From: Candidatus Latescibacterota bacterium
Lineage (GTDB): Bacteria > Latescibacterota > UBA2968
NCBI GenBank assembly: GCA_965198115.1
Contig: OZ240241.1
Coordinates: 6,144,001-6,208,000, forward strand
Length of the DNA stretch: 64,000 nucleotides
Reading direction: 5' to 3'
Every line of letters begins with the position of its first letter. Position 1 is the first letter of the stretch. Both the position numbers and the translations under genes were made by a program. Under the pieces are notes generated by a model, which saw nothing but the letters and a program-made list of their open reading frames with translations, was not told where the DNA came from and did not search any database. Below are positions 10,728-20,125 of the stretch, piece after piece.

Positions 10728-10987
10728 ACTCGATGACTCCTCCTTACACAGACAAATTGAAACGCGGACCATCGATCGCGGTCCAGACCTTGACAGACGG
10801 CTTAAGAAATAAAAAACCGAGGATCGGAACAAGCAGGAACTCGGTATAAAACAGCAGGTTCTACGGGTTTCCCTGCCGATTGGACGCCGAAATCCGGCGA
10901 ATTTGACCAAATGATCCCAAATCCATCATTTCTTGCATATCGAAATTCTAACCCTGCGTCGACGTGCCCTGACAGCCGGAGATTGAA

Positions 10988-12067
10988 TTGGACCCCGATC
11001 AACTCCTCTCACTAACCCTCGCTCGGCAGGCCATCTCTATTCCTGTGGCGCGACCCCGGTCGGTTTTCGAGCGGCTGGTTGCCATTCAGGCCCAGTACAT
11101 CGCCTCCGTCCCCCAGTCGGTATTCTCACGGTGTCCGACGGCCAGTCCCAGTTGGTTCAAACGCGCGATGGACCGCGACCGTTCCATCGGAAAAACCTGG
11201 AATCTCCGCAGGACCGTCCACGTCACCACCGTTCGCGATCACGGTCTCCTCGCCCACGCCGTCTGCCCCTGCCACGTCGAAGGACAGGCCGATTTTCTGC
11301 AGCGAAGAAGAGCGTGCGGTCCTGAAATGCTCGCAAGGATGGAAGCCGGCATTATCCGTGCGCTCCAGAACGGTCCGTTGACCCGCGCCGAGCTCGAGGC
11401 CAGAGTCGAGGAACTGGATGAGGTCCAGGGCGGCTACTGGGGATTGGGCATAAAGGTGCCCGCGATGCGCGGAGACGTCGTCTTCGCTGGTCTGGGTGAC
11501 GGAGAGGTGCGTATGGCGCTGACCAAAACCTGGTTTAAGACCACGCCGGAGCCACCCGAGGACCCGTTAGGGGCGCTCGTCGTAAGATATCTCAAGGGCT
11601 ACGGCCCCGCGACGATCGGCGACTTCGCCTACTGGACGGGAATGACGATCAGGGAATGCAAGGAAGGATTCGGCCGTGTCGAAAATCGGATTCGAACGAT
11701 CGAGGTCACCGGAACAAAAGACCTTTACTACGATGCCCGGAAGCGTGTGAAGGAAGCGGCCATTCCAAAAATTGCCATACTTCCAAAATTCGATGCCCTC
11801 GTCCTCGGATACCGCGACAAAACGCGTGTCCTCGCCGAAGCCGATCGCACACGTGTCTTCCGCCCCGCGGCTCAGGTCGAAGCCGTGATCCTCATCGACG
11901 GTCGCGTCGGCGCAACCTGGCGGCTCAAAGCGCGAACCCACGGAATCCAGTTCACGGTCGAGCCTTTCAGACGAATCTCAAAGACCACGCGAAGCGACAT
12001 CGAGGACGCCTTCGGACCCCTTGCCTTGTTCTTGGGACGCGACGGTCACAGCGTGACACTCACTTGA
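10988..12067 (+). CDS. HTH_42 winged-helix protein, AlkZ-like DNA glycosylase
   Basis: AIQAQ (QxQ catalytic motif), RRTVH, RYLKGYGPATIGDFAYWTG, LPKFDALVLGYRD and DGRVGATW motifs. Confidence 0.85.
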   Translation: MDPDQLLSLTLARQAISIPVARPRSVFERLVAIQAQYIASVPQSVFSRCPTASPSWFKRAMDRDRSIGKTWNLRRTVHVTTVRDHGLLAHAVCPCHVEGQADFLQRRRACGPEMLARMEAGIIRALQNGPLTRAELEARVEELDEVQGGYWGLGIKVPAMRGDVVFAGLGDGEVRMALTKTWFKTTPEPPEDPLGALVVRYLKGYGPATIGDFAYWTGMTIRECKEGFGRVENRIRTIEVTGTKDLYYDARKRVKEAAIPKIAILPKFDALVLGYRDKTRVLAEADRTRVFRPAAQVEAVILIDGRVGATWRLKARTHGIQFTVEPFRRISKTTRSDIEDAFGPLALFLGRDGHSVTLT

Positions 12068-12126
12068 CGACTTTCTAACGTGACACACGAACGTCGCTCC
12101 AGACCGCTTTTCCTTCGAGGTCATTT

Positions 12127-12413
12127 ATGAACGAACCCGTCGACTTTCCGACGATGTCCGATCGTGAGAAATACCTCTTCGACCTGCAGGGGTTTCTCGC
12201 CGTCGAGGGGATGCTGTCGCCGGAGGAAGTTCACGCCTTGAACGAGGCCCTCGAGGCCAACCGCAACAAAGGAAGGGACGACCCCAACCGCAGTGCGCCC
12301 GGTCCCCTCGCCGGAGATCACGTCCGTGGCCTCTACGAGGGCATGCTCACCTGGGAGAAGCCCTGGTGCCTGCCCTTTCGCGATCTCCTCGCCCACAGGA
12401 AAATCATCCCTTA
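12127..12413 (+). pseudogene. 5' fragment of a PhyH-family dioxygenase truncated at the ISAzo13 element
   Basis: EKYLFDLQGFLAVEGML...PFRDLLAHRKIIP, then the IS left end; the 3' part is not present after the IS. Confidence 0.85.
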
Positions 12414-13708
12414 GGGTTTGCCACGAAATAAGTGCTGCACTTTTCAAGGTAATGATCTTACGCTCGGAGTGTGGACGTCGAAACTCTCCGAACGAAGTAT
12501 GAAGCCTTGGCTCCGGTGCTGACGGAACGCACGCGTCGTCTGTGGGCCGCCACGGAAGCCGAAGCGTTGGGTCACGGTGGGATCGCGATTGTGGCTCTGG
12601 CGACAGGAATGTCCAGAGAGCGGATCTTTCGTGGCATTCAGGAGTTGAGGTCGGACGAACCTTTGGACCCGGCTCGCATCCGGCGTCCAGGCGGCGGTCG
12701 TAAGCGGAAGGCCGACACGGACCCGACGCTGTGGCAGGACCTGAATGATCTGGTCGAGCCAACGACTGCGGGGTCGCCTGACGACAATCCTCTGAGATGG
12801 ACATCGAAGAGCACTCGCAAACTGGCCGCCGAGTTGCAAGCGATGGGGCATTCGGTGAGCCCCAGGATCGTTGCCAATCTCCTGCACGAACACGATTACA
12901 CGCTGCAGGCGAATCGGAAGACAAGGGAGGGATCTGCACACCCGGATCGGGACGCTCAGTTCGTTTACCTCGATGATCGGATTAGCCAGCAGCAGCAGCA
13001 GGGCCTTCCCGTTATCTCGGTGGACACCAAGAAGAAAGAGTTGATCGGCGACTTCAAGAATCCTGGCCGAGAATGGCGACCCAAGGGAGACCCGGAGCGT
13101 GTGAAGGTACACGATTTCATAGTGCCTGCTCAGGGCAAGGCGATCCCTTATGGAGTGTATGATCTGAGCCGTGATGAAGGCTGGGTAAGTGTCGGTATCG
13201 ATCACGACACGGCCAGCTTCGCCGTGAATGCGATCCGAAGTTGGTGGAAGAACATGGGACGGCCCGCCTACGGCACTTCGACGCATCTGCTAATCACGGC
13301 GGACGCAGGCGGCAGCAACGGCGCCAAGACGCGGCTGTGGAAGTGGGAGCTGCAGCGCTTTGCGAATCGCACTGGCCTGACGATCACCGTATGCCACTAC
13401 CCTCCTGGCACTAGTAAGTGGAACAAGATCGAACATCGCCTGTTCTCCTTCATCGCTATGAACTGGGCGAGGCAAGCCCCTGGTCAGCCTGGCTGCAACC
13501 GTGAATCTCATTGCCGGAACGACCACTCAAGCCGGTCTCCGAGTACGCTCCGAGATCGACAAGCGACCCTACCCTAACGGGGTCAAGGTGACCGATGAAC
13601 AGATGACCCAAATCGATCTCACTCCGCACGATTTCCACGGCGACTGGAACTACACGATCCGGCCAATGGCTCAACATTGAGATCGACCGTTTATTTATTC
13701 GCGAACCC
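12414..13708 (+). mobile_element. ISAzo13-family insertion sequence (1295 bp)
   Basis: Imperfect IRs GGGTTTGCCACGAAATAA / TTATTTATTCGCGAACCC (14/18 match); TTA on both flanks (12411-13, 13709-11). Confidence 0.85.
12471..13680 (+). CDS. ISAzo13-family DDE transposase with a +1 frameshift near 13466
   Basis: ISVDTKKKELIG, PYGVYD, ADAGGSNG, HYPPGTSKWNKIEHRLFS; removing one G in TGGGCGA restores NWRGKPL...FHGDWNYTIRP to TGA 13680. Confidence 0.92.
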
Positions 13709-14945
13709 TTATGTCTCCGACGGTAAGGAAGATCATATCGTTGAATGCGTCGAGTGTGCGGAATCCGCTGGCTCGGTTCTTGACGATTTGGACGATTCGG
13801 TTGAGGCCTTCGGCGATGGCGTTGGTAAGACGCGTGTTCACGAATGCGAGGACGCCGAAGAAGTGCTGTCGCAGGGTCCTGACGAACTTTCGCAGGGGTT
13901 CACGTCGACTTCTGAGTGCGGACGTCGTCCAGCATTTCAGGAAGCGTTCGGCAGCCCAGGGCGCTTTGTATTCCCAGAACTGCTCGAACTCGTCCTTGAG
14001 TCTCCAGGCTCTATAGATTCGGTAGTTCGCCTTCTCCAGTGCTTTGAGTGTCCGAGTATCCCCTCTGGAGCGTGTCGCTGAGTGCCGGTAGAGGAGCCAT
14101 CGGAGGCCCTTCATGGCTTTGCGCTCATCCGGGGCAGCTTTACGCCACTGGTCCTTACGGACCTCGTCAACGGCGGCATTGAGAGCCTTGACGATGTGAA
14201 AGCGATCGAGGACCAGCTTGGCATTCGGACAGTGTTCCTGGATGGCTCCGATGTAAGCTTCGCTCATGTCGCAGCAGGCCCACTCGATCTTGGATCTCCG
14301 GTAGGGACTGAGAGCCTCTGTGAAGAACCGATCGATCGTTTTACGCGCCCTGCCGCGGCCAACCCACACCACGCAGGAGCGGTCCAGATCGTAAACGAGC
14401 GTGGCGTACCTGTGACGCTTGGCGTAGGAGATCTCGTCGATCCCGATGGTTTTGAGCCCTCGGATACGATGACCTTCACGAAGCCGCGTGATGGATCGGT
14501 GAAGGAGATCCGACAGCGTCGAGGCAGAGATGCGCAGTAACTCGGACGCCGCCTTCTGCGTCATGGTCTGGCAGTAGCGCAGCATGGCATACTCGAAGCG
14601 ATACGTCACCCGAGAGAACCGCTCCGCCCACGGAATCTCCTCGACCACACGACCGTGGGTAGGACACCGAATCTCCCGAGGATGGTAGAGAAGCCAGACC
14701 CTCCACCCGCACACCGGAATGTCACGCCACCGACGCGGATGGGGCATTGTGCGGACGATTTTACCTCGACGGCCGCACTCCGGACAACAACAACCATTCT
14801 TATGTGGCTTTACGGCGATGACGAAACAGCTTCTCCCCTCAAACCACCAGCTGACAACACGGAACCCCTTGAATCTCAGCAGTTTCGATAGTAATCTGCT
14901 CCCGGTCATAGGTCGCACCCCCTTCGCTTTGATTGTCCTACACAC
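13695..14945 (-). CDS. ISL3 transposase, C-terminally truncated
   Basis: CPECG Zn finger, IGIDEISY, CDMS, LDRFHIV and TNAIAEGLN motifs; C-terminal residues replaced by ISAzo13 IR sequence. Confidence 0.92.
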   Translation of the reverse strand: MCRTIKAKGVRPMTGSRLLSKLLRFKGFRVVSWWFEGRSCFVIAVKPHKNGCCCPECGRRGKIVRTMPHPRRWRDIPVCGWRVWLLYHPREIRCPTHGRVVEEIPWAERFSRVTYRFEYAMLRYCQTMTQKAASELLRISASTLSDLLHRSITRLREGHRIRGLKTIGIDEISYAKRHRYATLVYDLDRSCVVWVGRGRARKTIDRFFTEALSPYRRSKIEWACCDMSEAYIGAIQEHCPNAKLVLDRFHIVKALNAAVDEVRKDQWRKAAPDERKAMKGLRWLLYRHSATRSRGDTRTLKALEKANYRIYRAWRLKDEFEQFWEYKAPWAAERFLKCWTTSALRSRREPLRKFVRTLRQHFFGVLAFVNTRLTNAIAEGLNRIVQIVKNRASGFRTLDAFNDMIFLTVGDIRVRE

Positions 14946-15018
14946 ACAACCAAGCGTAGGGAACGATCTATGACCTTGTCATTCTATAGTTTCACCGTTG
15001 AGAAACCCGGATAGAGCC
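13709..15018 (-). mobile_element. ISL3-family IS, copy 1, lacking its right end
   Basis: Near-identical to the copies at 25978 and 34861; the IRL ends at 15018; homology stops at 13709 where ISAzo13 abuts. Confidence 0.93.
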
Positions 15019-15136
15019 AGAAAAAGGCAGGTCCGAAAACCCGCCGTGACTACTCCACTTCTGACGTTTACACGCAATGTTTTAATTCATCTACGCTCCA
15101 TCCGTTCTGCGTGCTCTGTGTGTTCTGTGGTTCCAC

Positions 15137-15680
15137 TCACCCATCGTCGCAGGAAGCACACACCCAGGCGGCGCGAGATCCACCAGCGCCCGGGATTTCC
15201 GTGTCGAAGTCGTGCCGAACCGGAACGTTGTCATCCCCGCAGAAATCGCATTTACCGCGATCGAGATAGTCGCCGATCACTTTCACGTCGAGTTCGATCT
15301 TCTCGCGTTTCTCCCGTCCCTGCGTGAACAGCCTTAGAAAACTGAGCACTTGCTTGTTCGTTTCCGTTTCCCACGCGCGATCGAAGATCGCCATCAGCTC
15401 GGGATCGTCCGGGCGGCCCCCGTCCTCCAGCGTATGGTAAGCTGCTGCCCGAACTTTCTCGTCGGGATCTTCCATCATCCGGTAGAGCGCCTCCCAGACT
15501 TCGTCGACTCGCCGGCGGACGTGACACGGGCAAAGGTTCTTCGCAGCCTCCAGCCGGTCGGCAGAGTTGTCGCTCTTGGACAGTTCGACGTAGTAGCCAA
15601 ATCTCGTCGGTACGAGTGCGTTTCTCTCCGGGCTTGAAAGCTCGCTTTTGAAACCGATTCAGATCCTTAATACGTGGCAT
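15137..15680 (-). pseudogene. HEAT-repeat/CPCH/Zn-finger protein, paralog B (frameshift near 15598)
   Basis: MPRIKDLNRFQKRAFK..EIW joins YYVELSKS..LCPCHVRRR..CDFC..CASC if one base is removed. Confidence 0.8.
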
Positions 15681-15709
15681 GTGGTTCCGTCCGCAAACGA
15701 TTCGAACTG

Positions 15710-16257
15710 CTATCCGTCGCACGCTTCGCAAACCAACGACACCCTCGCGCCCGAGTCACCCGGTATCTGCGTATCGTAGTCTTCCCTCACGGGCCCATCC
15801 TGACCACAGAAGTCGCATTTTCCTTTTACGGCGTAGTCCGAAACCACCTTCAGCTCCAGTTCGATATCCGCCCGGGCGCTTGCCCTCGTTTCGCGATCTC
15901 GCAGGAATCCTTCGATTCTCCGGCGAAGTTTCGGATCGGTCTCGTTCTTTACCGCCCGCTCGAAACGGTGTCCAGATCCGGATCGTCGGGGTTGCCACCG
16001 TCCGTCAACGTATGATAAGCGGCCTTCCGGACGCGCAGATCCGGGTCCTCGAGCATTCGATATAGAGCCTCCCACACTTCATCGATCCGCCGCCGAACGT
16101 GGCACGGGCACAGGTTGTCGGCAGCCTCGAGACGGTCGGCCGGGTCCTCGCTCTTTGAGAGATCGACGAGTCGCCAGATCTCGTCACCGCTGATACGGGG
16201 TTCGCCCTCCTTGAATGCGTTTCGCTGGTGCTTGTTCAACCCCTTTACTCTCGCCAT
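15710..16257 (-). pseudogene. HEAT-repeat/CPCH/Zn-finger protein, paralog A (frameshift near 15965)
   Basis: MARVKGLNKHQ..LCPCHVRRR..DPDLDT joins FERAVKNETD..CDFC..CEAC if one T is added. Confidence 0.8.
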
Positions 16258-16403
16258 TGTCTTTCGCTCCGGTGCTTTCTGGTGACCTGAGAATGTGCCT
16301 GGTCTTCTACTTTGACGAGGCCGCAGGGGGCATCGTTTCGAGACCGAGGATCCCTCGACGATCGGAGCTTCCTATCCCGTGCGGGCCGCCTTCAGGCAGT
16401 GCC

Positions 16404-16874
16404 CTAGTTTCTCTCGGGTGCAAAAAGCTCGATTTCGAAAATGAGCGTCGAATTCGGCGGGATCCTTCCTCCGCCGGCGCTACCGGACCCGTAGGCCAGA
16501 GCGGGAGGAACGACCAGTTGGCGGAGCCCGCCGTAGTGCATCGTGGCGACCCCTTCGTCCCATCCCGGGATGACCCGTCCGACACCGACCGGAAAGATGA
16601 ACCGTTCACCGACATCGCGCGAACTGTCGAACTTCGTGCCGTCACTCAGCCATCCTTCGAAGTGGACGGCTACGTCGAACCCGAGTCGAGGAAGCGACCC
16701 TGTTCCTTCTCTTATATCGAAGATCTTGAGTCCCGACTCTGTCACCGTGTACTCTGTCTCCGAGATGAGCAGGGGACTCGTATCCGACAGCTCGATCGTG
16801 GGCGGACTTCCTGTACAGGCTGAAAGGGCCCACAATACGGCGAAAGCAAAAATGATTCGCACAATCTCCTCCAT
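16404..16874 (-). CDS. FKBP-type peptidyl-prolyl isomerase, lipoprotein
   Basis: LSAC lipobox; GWLSDGTKFDSS, VIPGWDEG, LAYG and IPPNSTLIFEIEL motifs. Confidence 0.93.
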   Translation of the reverse strand: MEEIVRIIFAFAVLWALSACTGSPPTIELSDTSPLLISETEYTVTESGLKIFDIREGTGSLPRLGFDVAVHFEGWLSDGTKFDSSRDVGERFIFPVGVGRVIPGWDEGVATMHYGGLRQLVVPPALAYGSGSAGGGRIPPNSTLIFEIELFAPERN

Positions 16875-16909
16875 TTCCGTTGGCCCGGCACGTGTCCATT
16901 CAGACCGAT

Positions 16910-17443
16910 CTACGGAATAACGTCCAGCAGTTCGACCTCGAAAATCAACGTTGCACTCGGGGGGATACCCCCACGGCCCCTCTGGCCATAGGCCAACTGG
17001 GACGGTATCACGAGTTGACGCTTGCCGCCCTCACGCATCGACATCATCCCCTCATCCCATCCGCGAATCACCCGGCCGACCCCGATGGGCGTTAGCAACG
17101 GCTGATCTCGGATCACCGAACTGTCGAATCGCTTCCCATCCGTCAGCCACCCGGTATAATGAACCTTGATGTGCTGCCCTTTCCTGGGTTGGGCACCATC
17201 CCCCACGACGAAATCGTAGTACATCAATCCGCTCGGAGTGATCGTATAGTCGTCATCCGCAATCTTTTGCGGTGCTACCGTCGACAACTCATCGGTCGAT
17301 GCGATACGTTTGACAGACGGTTTCGCCTCTGCGCCAGCCTGCGCCTGGGCGACAGGCTTCTCAGCCGCATCTTCGACCCGGGGTGTCTCGCTCGAACATC
17401 CGCACAAGACGATACTCACCACCACCCAACCGAATCGATTCAT
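16910..17443 (-). CDS. FKBP-type peptidyl-prolyl isomerase, lipoprotein
   Basis: LCGC lipobox; VHYTGWLTDGKRFDSS, VIRGWDEG and IPPSATLIFEVEL motifs. Confidence 0.95.
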   Translation of the reverse strand: MNRFGWVVVSIVLCGCSSETPRVEDAAEKPVAQAQAGAEAKPSVKRIASTDELSTVAPQKIADDDYTITPSGLMYYDFVVGDGAQPRKGQHIKVHYTGWLTDGKRFDSSVIRDQPLLTPIGVGRVIRGWDEGMMSMREGGKRQLVIPSQLAYGQRGRGGIPPSATLIFEVELLDVIP

Positions 17444-17675
17444 TTCATCCCCATAAAAGTGTCCAATTTTTGTGCACGGGTAAAGGGCCCGAAGCTATCC
17501 CCGGACCCTTGGCATCGACGTTTTACCTGACTTTCTCTTTGCGGTCACCTGTATCGAATCTAATGAACCGTATCCACGGAATTGAACGACACGATGAGAT
17601 GTAGCAGCCTCGACGAATGACAACTGGTTCCTCACCGAAGCCCCGCAGGGCGAGGGTGGGAACACATCGGTTCGC

Positions 17676-18461
17676 TTACTGATGATCCGATAACACGAAC
17701 GGCGCAGGATCCGTGAAGACCGCCTCAGGGAGGTTCGTCAACACCGCAACATCGGTGTGCTTGCGTCCACCGTGGTCGTCAGTCAACATGATCGCTCCAA
17801 ACTTCCGCCAGTCCTGCCACGGCCCGAGCGATCGAGATTCATCGACGTCGCGATCTTTCCAATAGTCCCAATGCGTGACCAGTCTCGACGCCCCGTCGAC
17901 GAACACGTGATACTTGTTCTTGGGTGTTCGCCCGACATCCTTGAACGTCAACTCGAGCACGTCACACATCGCGCCGGCTTCGTCCGCCCGCTCCCCATGA
18001 TACTTCAAGGTCACACCCGAATCCTTGAGCTTGTAGGGCATCACCAACCAGTAGGAATCGTTGATCCACGCGCTTTCGGCACGTCGAAGTGCCTGTTCGA
18101 GTTCCTCCGAAGCGGTAACCTCACTGCCGTTCTCCCACGCACGTCCCTTCTTGTCGTGCAGATTCATCAGCGCGACGTATTGCTTCTCACTCCGCCGGTC
18201 TTTCCACTCGACTCGGATGTTCCCCGTGTGTTTGTCCCAGACGTGAAGACGCCTGCCGAAGAACCGCCACGTGAGATACCGTGTTCGATCCCACGCCGCC
18301 CGTCCGCCCAACGTGGCCATCACCTCATCCGCAATCTCGACCGCCCGCACATCGGACCCGACCGCATCGAACCCCGGAGCCGCCGGATTCACGTCTGCCC
18401 AAGCTGCAAAGGGGAAAGACAACGCGCCGAGCAATGCCGCGTGCGAGAGCACTTGACTCAT
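17676..18461 (-). CDS. Conserved secreted hypothetical protein (possibly LolA-like fold)
   Basis: Signal peptide ending AWA; GGRAAWD, WINDSYWLVMPYKLKDSGV and VGRTPKNKY motifs. Confidence 0.7.
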   Translation of the reverse strand: MSQVLSHAALLGALSFPFAAWADVNPAAPGFDAVGSDVRAVEIADEVMATLGGRAAWDRTRYLTWRFFGRRLHVWDKHTGNIRVEWKDRRSEKQYVALMNLHDKKGRAWENGSEVTASEELEQALRRAESAWINDSYWLVMPYKLKDSGVTLKYHGERADEAGAMCDVLELTFKDVGRTPKNKYHVFVDGASRLVTHWDYWKDRDVDESRSLGPWQDWRKFGAIMLTDDHGGRKHTDVAVLTNLPEAVFTDPAPFVLSDHQ

Positions 18462-18477
18462 TTTCAATTTTCGATCC

Positions 18478-19893
18478 TCAATTCTCGATATCCCTGGCGA
18501 GCGCCCCCATCGGGTCCCAGGGCGGCAGGACGATCGGATCTTCTTCGAAAGCGGTCAGGAGAGACTCCGGAACGTGATCTTTACGCGCGGCGATCTCGAA
18601 CATGTACTGATCGAACCAGGTGTCGTTCATCAGGTAAAATCCCTTCCGACCGCTCTTGTCGCCCCAGCTGTTCTCTACGCGCCACCGTCGCGGAATGTCC
18701 TGTCCGTCCTCTCGCTGCACGTCGACACCCGTGAAGAGCATTGCGTGGGTCATCTGCGTCTGGTGAAACTGAAGACGATCGGCTTTGTCCAGCGTGAAGG
18801 CACAATCGTAGATGCTCTCGTAGTCGAACAGTTTGGCATCCCATAACCCCAGTTTCCGGTCCATCATCTTTCCAACGTCGCAGCCCATCCAGACGGGTTC
18901 GCCCTCCACGATCGCTTTGGCGGCAATACGCTTCATGGTGTCGATGTCGACGTTCAGATACTTCACCAACCGGCCGCCTTCGACATTGCCCAAACATTCC
19001 ACGGTGTAAGTCTTGCCAATAGGGCTCGAAGGACGTGGATCGTGCACCAGACACACGTAGTCGTCGAACGGAATCGTGACGTATTTCTCCGCGAATTCCT
19101 TGGGTGTCATCATCCCGTCGCGATGAAATTTGCCATCTTTGTCGTTCCACTGCCAGTCGAAACTCGTCGGTGGCGTTCCGAGGTGAATGGAAAGAATCCG
19201 ATAGATGATTTCGAGGATCGCGTTCTTCTCGGACTCAACCGCTCTGTCGTCGGCACCATCCGCAATCGTATCTCGTAGCAGGAGGGCACCCTCCCGGAGT
19301 TTGAGCAGGAGCAAGCCGTTCATCTTCCTGGAATTCGATGAACTTTCCGTTTCCGGCATGACTGCCTGGGGTACGAGCCCGTGTTTGTTGACCAGATTGA
19401 CGAACATGTTCCACTGTCCGCCGTCGTCCAGGGGGCGCTCCAGCAGGAATGCGACGATGCGGTCGTCCACCGATCGGTCGGCCGTCTCGATCACACGCTG
19501 GAGAAAGTAGTTCGCCCGTTCGAGCTTGTCCCAGAAAAAGCAGTAGTTCTGGCTGAACTCGAAAGACTTCAGGTTCATCTTCCCCATCGCGCCGACACGG
19601 AACAGATTCAGCCCTGCGAACATCCAGCAACGCCCGGTCTGCTTCTGATTCGTCACTTCCCAATCGTCCAGAACGTGGCTGAACGTGAAATCACTGCTCG
19701 TGACGATGCCGCGATTCAGGGCCACCTCATCGACAGGATGCTTGCAAACAGCATTCTGGGCCATGCGGGCATTCGGACTGCCCTCGAACCGGGCTCGCAT
19801 CTCACCCACCCGAAGGAGGCTGAGTGCACCCGTCTCACTCGTCTGAACCGTCGTCACCACCTCGTGCTGGAGGGTGGAAGGGGGTGTTGCCAT
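18478..19893 (-). CDS. pepC: Aminopeptidase C / bleomycin hydrolase (peptidase C1B)
   Basis: TNQKQTGRCWMFA (catalytic Cys), DGGQW, MTHAM (His), WRVENSWG (Asn) and PPWDPMGALA motifs. Confidence 0.96.
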   Translation of the reverse strand: MATPPSTLQHEVVTTVQTSETGALSLLRVGEMRARFEGSPNARMAQNAVCKHPVDEVALNRGIVTSSDFTFSHVLDDWEVTNQKQTGRCWMFAGLNLFRVGAMGKMNLKSFEFSQNYCFFWDKLERANYFLQRVIETADRSVDDRIVAFLLERPLDDGGQWNMFVNLVNKHGLVPQAVMPETESSSNSRKMNGLLLLKLREGALLLRDTIADGADDRAVESEKNAILEIIYRILSIHLGTPPTSFDWQWNDKDGKFHRDGMMTPKEFAEKYVTIPFDDYVCLVHDPRPSSPIGKTYTVECLGNVEGGRLVKYLNVDIDTMKRIAAKAIVEGEPVWMGCDVGKMMDRKLGLWDAKLFDYESIYDCAFTLDKADRLQFHQTQMTHAMLFTGVDVQREDGQDIPRRWRVENSWGDKSGRKGFYLMNDTWFDQYMFEIAARKDHVPESLLTAFEEDPIVLPPWDPMGALARDIEN

Positions 19894-20125
19894 GTCATAC
19901 TCCTTACGATCGTCGTGGGGAAAGTCCCACAGCAGGCCTAAAGATAACGTATCGACCTACATCGGTCACGCCCAAGAATAGACGGTCGTAGGCTCTCCTC
20001 CGTGCTCGTCCCGCTCGGCGTGACAAGTCTTTGGTGTTTCGAGTATTTCCCCCGGATGGTTTGTGATTTGCGGCCCATCTGCACACAGGGCTAAAAAAAT
20101 AAGGTCCATCCACCGGGGAACGACT

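Noticed and set aside
16404-17443. Tandem FKBP lipoproteins as a novel system
   Set aside because: Tandem FKBP paralogs are common, and both have ordinary motifs.
17505-17530. TGGCATCG as a possible sigma54 -24 box
   Set aside because: There is no TTGC at the required spacing.
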